A DNA stretch of 64,000 nt from Promethearchaeota archaeon (GTDB lineage Archaea; Asgardarchaeota; Lokiarchaeia; Sigyniarchaeales; SOKP01): NCBI GenBank assembly GCA_048940645.1, contig JBHLOI010000011.1:1-64000 (forward strand), in the 5' to 3' direction. A model generated the notes under the pieces. That model was not told the DNA's origin. It did not search any database and was given only the letters and a program-made list of their open reading frames with translations. Shown piece after piece: positions 32,701 through 41,339 of this stretch (position 1 is its first letter; each line of letters begins with the position of its first letter). Position numbers and translations under genes: made by a program.

Positions 32701-33478
32701 GAGTAGTTTTTTCAATAGAAACATCATTAAAGTCTTCTTGAAAAAGAGAAGATCTGATCGCGCCAATTATAGCATTACTTTTAAGAGATGTGACATGAAA
32801 ATGATGGTAATCGGAAGCAAATAAAGATTTAAGTTTTGCTCCGTAATGAAATAATTTTTCATTTAGTTGTCCAATTTTACGGGAATTTAGCGTCCCTTGT
32901 GTAGAGCTAAATACAACGATATAGATATAGGTCTTGAATGCTCCAGATCTTTTTTTGGTATGTACTACTTGATAGGTGAAGGGGACATACTCATTAATAT
33001 CTGAAAATGCTTTTAAGAAATGCATTAGAGAGGGATGTACATTTTCAGCCATCACCCTAATAGAAAAGATTTTCATTCCAACTGTAAGAAGATCTTTATA
33101 ATTTGTATAATACAATGTGCTTTGATCTTCCTTTATCTGCCAAAAAATGATATCCTTAAATGGATGGAACGTGGATTTCCCTCTCCATATAAAAAATGCT
33201 TCATAAAAAACTAAGGAAAACCCTAACTCCAAGATAATTGTTAGACCTATTGTTAAATATAGGTTATTGCTCAAAAAATATGTCCCTATCATGAATAAAA
33301 AGCCAAAAATTAAGAGAAATATAGTCTTGCTTAAGGAATACTTTATGGAGATATCTCTCCGAGAAGGTTGTTTTTCCCAGATATATTGATATTGGAGTGA
33401 TGATTGAGAAGAATTCTTTTCTTTTTTCTTAGCAACTAATTTCTTTTCATGCAAATATTTTGTATAAAATTGGACCAT
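29774..33478 (-). CDS. Membrane-anchored VirB4/HerA-FtsK-fold protein with degenerate Walker motifs
   Basis: Two TM-hairpin + soluble modules, then EIGR..HSLLITNGTNFNRE (Walker A position), LIFDFTGRW, FIFLPHVD (Walker B position), NFGIICSANEIRYLHPNIYKFLSNLVTFR. Confidence 0.65.
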   Translation of the reverse strand: MVQFYTKYLHEKKLVAKKKEKNSSQSSLQYQYIWEKQPSRRDISIKYSLSKTIFLLIFGFLFMIGTYFLSNNLYLTIGLTIILELGFSLVFYEAFFIWRGKSTFHPFKDIIFWQIKEDQSTLYYTNYKDLLTVGMKIFSIRVMAENVHPSLMHFLKAFSDINEYVPFTYQVVHTKKRSGAFKTYIYIVVFSSTQGTLNSRKIGQLNEKLFHYGAKLKSLFASDYHHFHVTSLKSNAIIGAIRSSLFQEDFNDVSIEKTTLNTFSKRITLLRTIFSSLLLVIFNTYFVLLSFPMLFIIMFNIIFIPVLLIIWWKNIFFQLFSLKFFNYQEISVVDPFQNVRFFLSNRIPDILFAHMDNKELIGIKMYTVNKVLKPPFGSFSKFFSGVNRYQLPFTYTAISRPLSFAEVDKKYAKETREKVRNFIVRRLLNDEDRYNWLDRRGGIWESIFSLSTSFRVPTQHVSTKSISIINKQLYKAGTVLLETFRTNFKRFQLIKLQKQLLESGFQCELVKNNNIYSNGSHLWHVVYQGTALISIITIPNELKKGIDVQIATEFNTPLHLDNFIEIGRALNTETLREEVPAGFLFEQLHSLLITNGTNFNRELLNMKMAAELIKKEIPCLIFDFTGRWSRLLTYFENTKFQQNILYFKLGKAFTLDPFDSEIPYENDNIKYLEYMFEAYAMSFRKDERFMHSFKNSIRQYGGNLNLAKIDLQHKPEYEKNATVEGLLSTLSDISQEDLTFLHTTDENIVKVHEFITTHHTVIVDISISKDYKTLCYLMFLVLSKLIRYCENSPRYFSKFIFLPHVDIVFENAYLDKVANYGLIDKFFDPLKEKNFGIICSANEIRYLHPNIYKFLSNLVTFRTTDSRDIATLSNLLNLNELHGTGYYSSTRNENYQIHFLRNLKHNQILMKRSDVEQSFPVILLIDDVNNAKPLEYNKIVDHMDTLGYDLKFSEKKILSLAQKTKLERDLGEYIEYRNELIRFFKQIKAVQNVAGLYEKKIKKLLLEYLHPKISQNYSQNKKQIMIIRDTIYEILRRYDYLVEDHPRAAGGGQSTRTCLIIGPAYEKAIQEYYEAKSNNPGHIVFNVIKKESSGVPRFLTPKLSHETQIRLKNVLTLNFDGKMLRNLFNINYFIENKQFIASLKMLKVFLSDYFKRCYLHYYHPENEITKKNVVEFIKLISDIQGFPFYADDLLSLFERCEQIELRTGNQEHLANEVYNLVYDWYISLKKFLNR

Positions 33479-33484
33479 AACTTA

Positions 33485-34351
33485 CTATTCCCCTCGCTTA
33501 AATAATTTGCGATAGATAATAAAGAGAAGTAATGCTACCCCCAGAAAGGTAATTAGATACATGCTTAATACAGATACTAAATGCTGAAAGACTAACGACT
33601 CATATATGATAACAGCGTCTAAGAGAATGAAGACTATCACCCCCCCTAGAAGTAAATATTTAAGGCTTACCTGCTGAGAGATTTGATAATAGATATTATA
33701 AGTCAATTTTCCCGTAGCAGAAATACGTCCTTTAGATTTGTTTTTTAGAGAAGATTTTAATCTATTTAACTGTAAAGTTTGTTCAAAAGAATCTTTATTA
33801 AAGGAATCCTCCATTGACTTTCGTAATACTTTTTGTTTTTGTGCGATTTGTTGAAAAAGAAGAGATTTAACACGATCCCGATGATTAATTTTTTTCTTTC
33901 CTTTATTTGTTAAATATGAAAAGAGGTTTAAATCTGAATACTCATGCATATCTTTTGCTTCAAATGATTTGTATACGTTTGGAACATCAATCTTTCGTAT
34001 TTCATAATAAATTTCATAAAGTTCTTTGATATGATTATAGGGTAGGTCCCCTCTGAGCTTCATAAATAAAAGTTCTATGGTTTTTAGTGATTCGACAATT
34101 TCTTCAGGAACAATAATAACTTGTACAGATTTATAAAAAATTTGATTGATAAACTCGATATATTCAAATAAATGTTCATATTCAGTTTTTTTTCGGGCAC
34201 GTATTCCTAACTTAGCACTTATTTCATCTACTTTATTACTAATTAAGATTAGGCCTACTACTGCCAATTTTTTATAATTACCGGTAGCTTTGCATAACCG
34301 TATTAAATTTTTTAGTTTTGAATCAGATAATTGAATATTCATTTTTATCAT
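33485..34351 (-). CDS. Hypothetical protein with two C-terminal TM helices
   Basis: 288-aa ORF tightly packed in the operon. Confidence 0.7.
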   Translation of the reverse strand: MIKMNIQLSDSKLKNLIRLCKATGNYKKLAVVGLILISNKVDEISAKLGIRARKKTEYEHLFEYIEFINQIFYKSVQVIIVPEEIVESLKTIELLFMKLRGDLPYNHIKELYEIYYEIRKIDVPNVYKSFEAKDMHEYSDLNLFSYLTNKGKKKINHRDRVKSLLFQQIAQKQKVLRKSMEDSFNKDSFEQTLQLNRLKSSLKNKSKGRISATGKLTYNIYYQISQQVSLKYLLLGGVIVFILLDAVIIYESLVFQHLVSVLSMYLITFLGVALLLFIIYRKLFKRGE

Positions 34352-34352
34352 T

Positions 34353-35039
34353 TCACCTTTTATAATCCTTTTTATGTTTATCTAGCTTTAGCTCCTCTTC
34401 TCTGATATATTTATCAAAATCCAGAGGTTCTTGAATTTTTTCAAGATAACGGTTAATTAAGTTTTCAGGAGAGTATGATTCCTTCTCGAATGAGTTTAAC
34501 GTATGGTAATAAAATATGGTATAAGGAAATAAAAGAATAAATCCAATTATTTGTATTAAATACCCAATATGAATTGTGTATAGAAATTGCACTTCTAGAT
34601 TAGGATCATTCTGTTCTATAAATGGGAAATACAAATTATTTGGAAATAAATACCAAATAGGGTATATAAAGATATAGAAAGCGGTAAATAACACAGTGAA
34701 AATGTGAATATATGCATAAAACCGTAATTTTTGAAATGGATGATCCTTCTCAATATCTTTAAATAAAACGCCAAATATAGAGAGGATTACCGATATAATA
34801 AACAAAATTGTCATTGCAAGAGGTATAGAACTATTTTTTGGTTTATACAGTTCATTAAATATTGAACCAGAGGCAAATACAGGACTGTACCAATCAAAAA
34901 GTGGAGTATAACTCCAATAAATAACTTGTTCTCCTTCTATATTAAACCCTTGGAGAACATACCAATCTAAAAACAATGAAATTACAGCTAACACTAACCC
35001 AATTACAAATAATTTCCTAAATATACTTTTTATTTCCAT
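34353..35039 (-). CDS. Hypothetical four-TM membrane protein
   Basis: Four hydrophobic segments; first gene of the operon. Confidence 0.7.
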   Translation of the reverse strand: MEIKSIFRKLFVIGLVLAVISLFLDWYVLQGFNIEGEQVIYWSYTPLFDWYSPVFASGSIFNELYKPKNSSIPLAMTILFIISVILSIFGVLFKDIEKDHPFQKLRFYAYIHIFTVLFTAFYIFIYPIWYLFPNNLYFPFIEQNDPNLEVQFLYTIHIGYLIQIIGFILLFPYTIFYYHTLNSFEKESYSPENLINRYLEKIQEPLDFDKYIREEELKLDKHKKDYKR

Positions 35040-35072
35040 ATTGATTATCCCTTAGTAAGGCTAGGTTGTAAG

Positions 35073-35086
35073 TATATAAAGAAAAA
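35073..35086 (-). promoter_or_regulatory. Regulon promoter TTTTTC-TTTATATA
   Basis: TATA starts 41 nt before ATG 35039. Confidence 0.8.
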
Positions 35087-35094
35087 ATCACTAC

Positions 35095-36801
35095 TTAATC
35101 ATCTAAAAAATCCCCAAATCGAGCTATATATTCTGATTCTATTTCAGATTTTCCTTCTTTCTCATGTTCAAATAGCTCATTGTAATCATGTTCCGTTTTT
35201 TCAACCAAATAATTCTCTGCCTGTTTTTGTTCAATCTTGGTCAATACCTTGTGAGTAGTTATTTTACCAAAGCATTCATACCCAAATTGCAGCATGAGTT
35301 CATCGGTAAGCTCCTGGGAAATAATCTCTAAACTGGTATCATCCAAGGATAATGCCCTCTGATGATGTGGTACCAAGAAACCATTTTTAATTTCGCGCTG
35401 TTTCACCCTAAAAGTATAATAGAGATATCCAATCATTCCTGCATAGACTCCCAATATTCCATAACTTAAACCAATAAATGTCTGTAATAAAAATCCTAAC
35501 TGTGATAATGCAAGAGTTATCATTAATGCCCCAAATCCCACAAAGGGTATCGAATATTGGCGTATCTTTTTTTGAAAGCTTTCTTCAACCTTGTATAATC
35601 TCTTTTCAGGGGGTTCCTCATGGTTATATTCTTCAATATTATAATATTTCTTTTCTAGAAAGCGTATTAATCTAGTCAATTGGTTAGTCTCTATGAAATG
35701 AATATTTGAGACCCTCTGAAAGGCAAAAGGAAGAGATTTTTCGATAAACTGTATAGCAGAATTGGAGATAAGGATTGGATCAATATATGGTTTAAATTGA
35801 GTTTGTCTAGAATATAGTGAGACGTCTATTGAGGTACTTTCACTTATGTCCATTTCTACCATGAGATACTTTTGAAGATAATGGAATATCTGTTTACGCT
35901 GAGTTATATTTTCTATTAAAACTTGCTGAATTTGTCTTAATTCCTCGATCCAAGTATCTAATTGCATATTTTTCTCCGATAATGAGTGAAATTTTACCTT
36001 TTGTTCTGAGACAATCAAATTATCCTCTATTAAATTAACTATTATAGGGCAAATTAATAAAATGTTCTTAGAGTTTTGCGTTTCAATAGTTTTGATAATA
36101 GTGAGATCAATATTAGAAAAGATATTTTCTAACTCCTTGCCAATTTGAGGGAAGATGTGAAACCCTTCACCTATTACTTTTTTACTGATTTTTTGGATGA
36201 GAATATCTTCTTCTTTCAACTCACCCTCAATGGAAATCTTACTAAAAATATTCTCTTTTTCTATATCAATTTTGGCTGCTAGTATTTCTTCCTTCCTTTC
36301 CAATCCCATTTCTGTTTTTGTATATTTTGAAAGTAAACTTTGATGTGGGTAAAAATATTCATTAACATCCAAATCAGTTTCATGAACATATCCCAAATAC
36401 TCTTTAGCTGCTTTAACAAATTTTTTAGCAGTTGCTAGGCCAATCCCTTCTACGGTTGCCAATATTTTAGGAGAAGCTTTGGCAAGTTGGTCGATAGAAT
36501 TATACCCAGCTTCCTTTAAGTTTATGGCATGGATAGAGTCAATGCCATTTACTTCTGTCAAATCATTTTTATCTTCTTTGATAACTGCTATTTTAGGTTT
36601 ACGAGAAGTTAGGTTTGCCTTTATATGATTTGTAAATATTTCGAATTTAGGCTTCCATTCAGCATCAAGTTGCAATTCTGCTTCCTTTAATCCTCTTTCG
36701 GAAAACTTTATAGCTTGTTCTATATCTCCAGCTTCCATAGCTTGCTGTGCCATATTATAGATATATTTTAAATCCCATTTTTCATCAATCATATTTTGCA
36801 T
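35095..36801 (-). CDS. Membrane-anchored protein with helix-hairpin-helix DNA-binding domain
   Basis: DLTEVNGIDS..LKEAGYNSIDQLAKAS..VEGIGLATAKK HhH pair; two TM helices near the C-terminus. Confidence 0.72.
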   Translation of the reverse strand: MQNMIDEKWDLKYIYNMAQQAMEAGDIEQAIKFSERGLKEAELQLDAEWKPKFEIFTNHIKANLTSRKPKIAVIKEDKNDLTEVNGIDSIHAINLKEAGYNSIDQLAKASPKILATVEGIGLATAKKFVKAAKEYLGYVHETDLDVNEYFYPHQSLLSKYTKTEMGLERKEEILAAKIDIEKENIFSKISIEGELKEEDILIQKISKKVIGEGFHIFPQIGKELENIFSNIDLTIIKTIETQNSKNILLICPIIVNLIEDNLIVSEQKVKFHSLSEKNMQLDTWIEELRQIQQVLIENITQRKQIFHYLQKYLMVEMDISESTSIDVSLYSRQTQFKPYIDPILISNSAIQFIEKSLPFAFQRVSNIHFIETNQLTRLIRFLEKKYYNIEEYNHEEPPEKRLYKVEESFQKKIRQYSIPFVGFGALMITLALSQLGFLLQTFIGLSYGILGVYAGMIGYLYYTFRVKQREIKNGFLVPHHQRALSLDDTSLEIISQELTDELMLQFGYECFGKITTHKVLTKIEQKQAENYLVEKTEHDYNELFEHEKEGKSEIESEYIARFGDFLDD

Positions 36802-36824
36802 ACATAGAATAAGTTTTATGTTTA

Positions 36825-36838
36825 TATTTAAAGAAAAA
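36825..36838 (-). promoter_or_regulatory. Regulon promoter TTTTTC-TTTAAATA
   Basis: TATA starts 31 nt before ATG 36801. Confidence 0.85.
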
Positions 36839-36852
36839 ATTTTTTCTATTTC

Positions 36853-38334
36853 CTAAGAGACTATCTTAATTTTCTTTTTTCCTTGTATAGTTTTAGTTTT
36901 TGTCAGATAGTGGTTGATCAATTCATTCTTTAACTTTTCTGCTGCTTTTTCAATTTCACTTGCTGTCATTTCTTCAGTCTCATGTCCTGCATACTTATCC
37001 CAAGGAGAATCTGTCATAGAAATTTCTTCTTTTTGAAAAATTTTAAGCCCCCAACGGTTAGGATTTTTCCAATAGGGAGTTCCTGGAAATATTTGCAAGA
37101 TTCGAATATCAGCAATATCCATCCCTGCACCATCTAATTCGAAAATTAAATCTTTTGTTTCTTGTACTGACTGCCAATTTTCTCCTGGTAATCCTATAAC
37201 CCACGAGCTACCACATAATAAGTCATACTTTTTTGCTGTCCCCACAGCATTGAATAAGTTTTTCACATGTTGATAACCATTACCATGATCCTTACCATTA
37301 AGTTTTTTCAAGACTTGAGGAGAACCAGATTCAGCCCCAAACCAAACAAAAAACGGATCAATTTGCTTTGTAAGTTTGGCAATATTATCAGTAAATAAGT
37401 CAGCTCGCGTTTCAAACATCAGTTTTATGTCTATTTCTGCGTTTTTATACATTTCTACAAACTTACTTAATCTTTGCTTGTTAAGAGTAAACGTTGAGTC
37501 TACTAGGTATCCCCCTTTACATCCATATTCATCTAATATTTTAAGTTCTTGTCTTAAATTGCTTAGCGGTCTAAATTTTGCTTCTAATCCCCAAAAGTTT
37601 GCATGTGCACAGAATGGACAATTAAAGGGACACCCTCTTGATGCTTGGATGTTGCAAAAGTGATTATCTTTCATGTAATCTGTAATACATAATCCCTCAA
37701 AATCATAGGGCGGTATTTTGCTTAAGTCTGGTTCTACAGCATAATAAGGAGAAACATTTATCTTTCCTTTGCGAGTTCTAAAGCAAAAACCTTGGATATT
37801 TTTTCTTTCATTTAACAAAGGATGTTGGATGTATTGCTGAATAGCGACTTCTGCTGGACCTCGTATTAATTGATCAATTGATGAGTGTTTTAAGAAAAAG
37901 TCAGGATACATCGATGGTAATATTCCACCAATCATCACTGTTGTAGCCTGATTTACTTTTTTAACAATATTAGCATACCTAAAAGATTCATGAGCAGCTT
38001 CAGGGGAACCAATCGTCATCCATACTTCATTATAATCAATAGCTCTAATTTTTTGTTCAATTTCATCATCATTAACATATCGTTTTGTTGCATCCAAAAT
38101 GAAAGGAATATGATGAGTTTCGACATTACTTTGCTTAGCGATTGAAGATAGCTGAGCTAAACCTAACGGTATTGAATGCAAGCTAGTAAGACGTAATCGA
38201 TATTTCCGATAGATTAAACCTATAGCGTAAATCAATAAATTATTTTTGCTTTTATTTTTTATATTTTGATCTTTGGTTAAAATTTCAAGTGGAGTATTGA
38301 TAGGTTCTAAAAGTAACACATTCTTAAGTTTCAT
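36853..38334 (-). CDS. Cobalamin-binding-type (class B) radical SAM protein
   Basis: PLGLAQL and MIGG N-domain; SRGCPFNCPFC; GAESGS; IGLPGE. Confidence 0.88.
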   Translation of the reverse strand: MKLKNVLLLEPINTPLEILTKDQNIKNKSKNNLLIYAIGLIYRKYRLRLTSLHSIPLGLAQLSSIAKQSNVETHHIPFILDATKRYVNDDEIEQKIRAIDYNEVWMTIGSPEAAHESFRYANIVKKVNQATTVMIGGILPSMYPDFFLKHSSIDQLIRGPAEVAIQQYIQHPLLNERKNIQGFCFRTRKGKINVSPYYAVEPDLSKIPPYDFEGLCITDYMKDNHFCNIQASRGCPFNCPFCAHANFWGLEAKFRPLSNLRQELKILDEYGCKGGYLVDSTFTLNKQRLSKFVEMYKNAEIDIKLMFETRADLFTDNIAKLTKQIDPFFVWFGAESGSPQVLKKLNGKDHGNGYQHVKNLFNAVGTAKKYDLLCGSSWVIGLPGENWQSVQETKDLIFELDGAGMDIADIRILQIFPGTPYWKNPNRWGLKIFQKEEISMTDSPWDKYAGHETEEMTASEIEKAAEKLKNELINHYLTKTKTIQGKKKIKIVS

Positions 38335-38368
38335 TTTGATACTTCTCAGAAAGTTATAGTAATAGATT

Positions 38369-38393
38369 TTTTTCTTTATATTTAAAAGAAAAA
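38369..38393. promoter_or_regulatory. Overlapping back-to-back regulon promoters (+ TTTTTCTTTATATT; - TTTTTCTTTTAAATA)
   Basis: TTTTTCTTTATATTTAAAAGAAAAA; the minus copy precedes ATG 38334. Confidence 0.7.
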
Positions 38394-38424
38394 TTAAGTT
38401 CTCTCTTCTTTTTCATTAAGATGT

Positions 38425-38438
38425 TTTTTCTTTATATA
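38425..38438 (+). promoter_or_regulatory. Regulon promoter TTTTTC-TTTATATA
   Basis: TATA starts 43 nt before ATG 38474. Confidence 0.8.
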
Positions 38439-38473
38439 TCTTAAATCTAGTAAATTTACTGAGGTTTGTATAA

Positions 38474-38779
38474 ATGGGTGTAGAACCGTTAAAAGAAAAT
38501 GGCAACATGAAACCTATTCCAAGAAAGATTTTTAAGTGCCCATTTTGTGGATTTTTAATTGAACTTGAAGTGGATCGTACATTATTCACACGGTATGTGA
38601 GCGAAAGCCACTTTTTGTATCCCCACTTGCATATTCATGGCAATCCACTTCATGGAACCCTCTGTTATTTGGATCCTAACATGGCAATACGAAATATTGA
38701 AATTATCAGAAGTATCGAGATATTCAGGAGTTCCGATACATTCCAACAACTACTAAATAAATGCTTAAATCAGTTATAA
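38474..38779 (+). CDS. Small Zn-binding protein (CPFC + His-rich motif)
   Basis: FKCPFCG, HLHIHGNPLH. Confidence 0.65.
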   Translation: MGVEPLKENGNMKPIPRKIFKCPFCGFLIELEVDRTLFTRYVSESHFLYPHLHIHGNPLHGTLCYLDPNMAIRNIEIIRSIEIFRSSDTFQQLLNKCLNQL

Positions 38780-41319
38780 TAAAGATAGGTGAGCTTATTA
38801 CTCTTTTAAATTTTACTAAAAAAGGTGAAAATGATGTTGAGCACCATAAAGAGGAAATTTTCAATTATATCCATGACGAGCGAATTCTACGAGTATTATT
38901 TGAACAAAAAATTTTTCAGCTAAGAAATATCCAGAAAAAAGCGATTGAAAAGGGATTGTTTTTTAGAAAATCATTTCTAGTATGTGCTCCCTCAGGATCT
39001 GGCAAAACTATGATCGGAGAAATTTGCGCATTCCAAAACATTTTTAATAATTATGGAAAGTCTGTATATTTAGTCCCCTTTAAAGCCCTGGCTACAGAGA
39101 AGTATTACTATTTTAAAAAATATTATAGCAGGTTCAATGTAAATATTGAGTTATCCATAGGAGATTATGATATAGATGATTCCGTATTGGCTAAAGCAGA
39201 TATTATTATCACTACATATGAGAAAATGGATTCAATTCTTCGCAATTTTTATGATAAAGAGTGGATCCATGATATATCTACAGTGATAGTAGATGAAATT
39301 CATATCATTGGTGAGTCAGATCGAGGTCCACGACTTGAATCACTAATTGTGCGGTTAAATGAATTCTTAAATTACCCCCAAATTATCGGACTTTCAGCTA
39401 CCATAGCCAACTCTCAATTTTTTAATAGCTGGTTATCTTCATTAGGGAACAATACTACACTTATTCTATCTAATGAGCGACCTGTACCTCTACATTATCA
39501 ACTGAAAGTTACTCAAAATAAAGATTCTACCATTAAAAAAATTATTAAAAGCACGTTAGATCAAAAAGGTCAAGTGCTTGTCTTCCTAAATAAGCGAAAG
39601 TCTACCCAACAGACCTCATTTCTACTAAAAAATGTAGTAATAAATCATATTGACATAAATAATCTTGATAATTGTAAAAAATTAGAGAAATCCTTAGAGG
39701 GGATCAAGGGAGGACATAAGGAACTCAAAAAAATTGTAAAGTATGGATTGGCATTTCATCATGCTGGATTATTACCAAAAGAAAGAAAGTTAGTCGAGGA
39801 TAACTTCCGGAAGGGAATATTGAAAGTAATTTGTAGCACTACTACGTTAAGTGCTGGGATTAACACCCCTGCAAGAGTCGTGATTCTTAGGGATTTTAAA
39901 AAATACGTCATTTCTGGGCATAACATCAAAAATTTTTCAGGGTATTATGAAAATGGAGATGGTTTTTCCTATTTTAAACCCTTCTCAGCAAATCAAGTAT
40001 TTCAAATGTTAGGGAGGGCAGGTAGACCTGGACTGGATGCTGTTGGCTATGGGATTATTTTGGTAAATAATGTGGAGGAACGGAACTGGATTGAGGATAA
40101 ATATTTCCAAACTCTTTTAACTAAAGAAAGGCTTATCCCAAAGTATAATAACCTTGATTCTGGTTTGAATAAATTAAATACACTTAAAGAACAAGTGCTT
40201 TTAAGAATTTATGAGGAGGGAAATATCACAATAGATCAACTTAAATTATTTTTCGAACGTACATATTTTTGGTTTAATGTTAAACACAGAATGAATGATC
40301 AGCAAATCCCTATTGAACAATTTCTCATGATTAAGGAAATCACCCCCGAAAATATTCTCAAGCTCCATTCGGATAAGGAAAGGGTTAAAAAATTAGAATC
40401 CAAAAAAGATCAAATAAAGCTTTCGGAGATAACTAACTCTACAATCATGGGATTTATTAAAACTGCTTTTGGTGTGTTCACATGCCGATTTGATATTGAT
40501 TCTGGGATTCAATGTTCCTGTGGCTTCAAGAATGGGATTTCTGATAATTTTGCCAATGATGAGTTTGCATTTGAATTTTGCGACCATATTACCTCTTTTT
40601 TGAAATACCTCATTGATGTCCCTGATCCAAGTTTCCAGAAGTACATTTCAGACATCATACCCAAATCAATTAAAAATCAATATATTCTTAATTATTTATT
40701 CGAAAAAGGGTTAATTATAAAGAATAATAATGGGCTGATTAAATGCTCTCAATTTGGTAAATTGATTATTAGATTATATCTGTATCCCGTATCTGGAGTT
40801 CTCATTCGTCATAAATTAGAAAATTGTGCGTTAAATACTTTTCAAGAAATTATTAAAGAGGCATATGACGTTTTACGAGCAGAATATAAGGTAAGAGATT
40901 ATAAAATGCTCCAACCGATTTTAGAATGGACAGATGAGGTTCCAATTGAGGAGATTTTAGAGAGATATAATATTATGGCCGGTGATTTGCATATGATCAG
41001 AGATAATTTAGAGAGGATCATAACATTTATTGGGATTATTGCCATTCATTTAAGCGAAAATGGGTTTGATATTCAAGATGCTATGATTCGAGTATCAGAA
41101 ATGGCAGAAACTCTCAAAATTCGTATTCATTATGGGATAAAAGAAGAATTATTTGACTTAGTATTACGATTAGATAACGTGGCACGAGTGAGGGCACGTA
41201 TCTTATTTGATGCGGGATATCATACTGCTACTAAGGTGAAAAAAGAAGTTCCCTATATTTTGCATCGTAAAACAGGATTAGGTGTAAATTTATGTAAAAA
41301 AATTATCAAAGGAAAATAA
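38761..41319 (+). CDS. Ski2-like/Hel308-family helicase with SWIM zinc-finger insertion (start uncertain)
   Basis: APSGSGKT, DEIH, LSAT, AFHHAGL, QMLGRAGRPG; CSC-x19-CDH insertion; C-terminal HhH VARVRARILFDAGY. Confidence 0.9.
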   Translation: MLKSVIIKIGELITLLNFTKKGENDVEHHKEEIFNYIHDERILRVLFEQKIFQLRNIQKKAIEKGLFFRKSFLVCAPSGSGKTMIGEICAFQNIFNNYGKSVYLVPFKALATEKYYYFKKYYSRFNVNIELSIGDYDIDDSVLAKADIIITTYEKMDSILRNFYDKEWIHDISTVIVDEIHIIGESDRGPRLESLIVRLNEFLNYPQIIGLSATIANSQFFNSWLSSLGNNTTLILSNERPVPLHYQLKVTQNKDSTIKKIIKSTLDQKGQVLVFLNKRKSTQQTSFLLKNVVINHIDINNLDNCKKLEKSLEGIKGGHKELKKIVKYGLAFHHAGLLPKERKLVEDNFRKGILKVICSTTTLSAGINTPARVVILRDFKKYVISGHNIKNFSGYYENGDGFSYFKPFSANQVFQMLGRAGRPGLDAVGYGIILVNNVEERNWIEDKYFQTLLTKERLIPKYNNLDSGLNKLNTLKEQVLLRIYEEGNITIDQLKLFFERTYFWFNVKHRMNDQQIPIEQFLMIKEITPENILKLHSDKERVKKLESKKDQIKLSEITNSTIMGFIKTAFGVFTCRFDIDSGIQCSCGFKNGISDNFANDEFAFEFCDHITSFLKYLIDVPDPSFQKYISDIIPKSIKNQYILNYLFEKGLIIKNNNGLIKCSQFGKLIIRLYLYPVSGVLIRHKLENCALNTFQEIIKEAYDVLRAEYKVRDYKMLQPILEWTDEVPIEEILERYNIMAGDLHMIRDNLERIITFIGIIAIHLSENGFDIQDAMIRVSEMAETLKIRIHYGIKEELFDLVLRLDNVARVRARILFDAGYHTATKVKKEVPYILHRKTGLGVNLCKKIIKGK

Positions 41320-41339
41320 TCTAACTATTGAAAGGAATT

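Noticed and set aside
38821-38840. AGGTGA followed by out-of-frame ATGs near the helicase 5' end, a possible second frameshift
   Set aside because: An in-frame ATG exists at 38761; cannot be decided without homologues or reads
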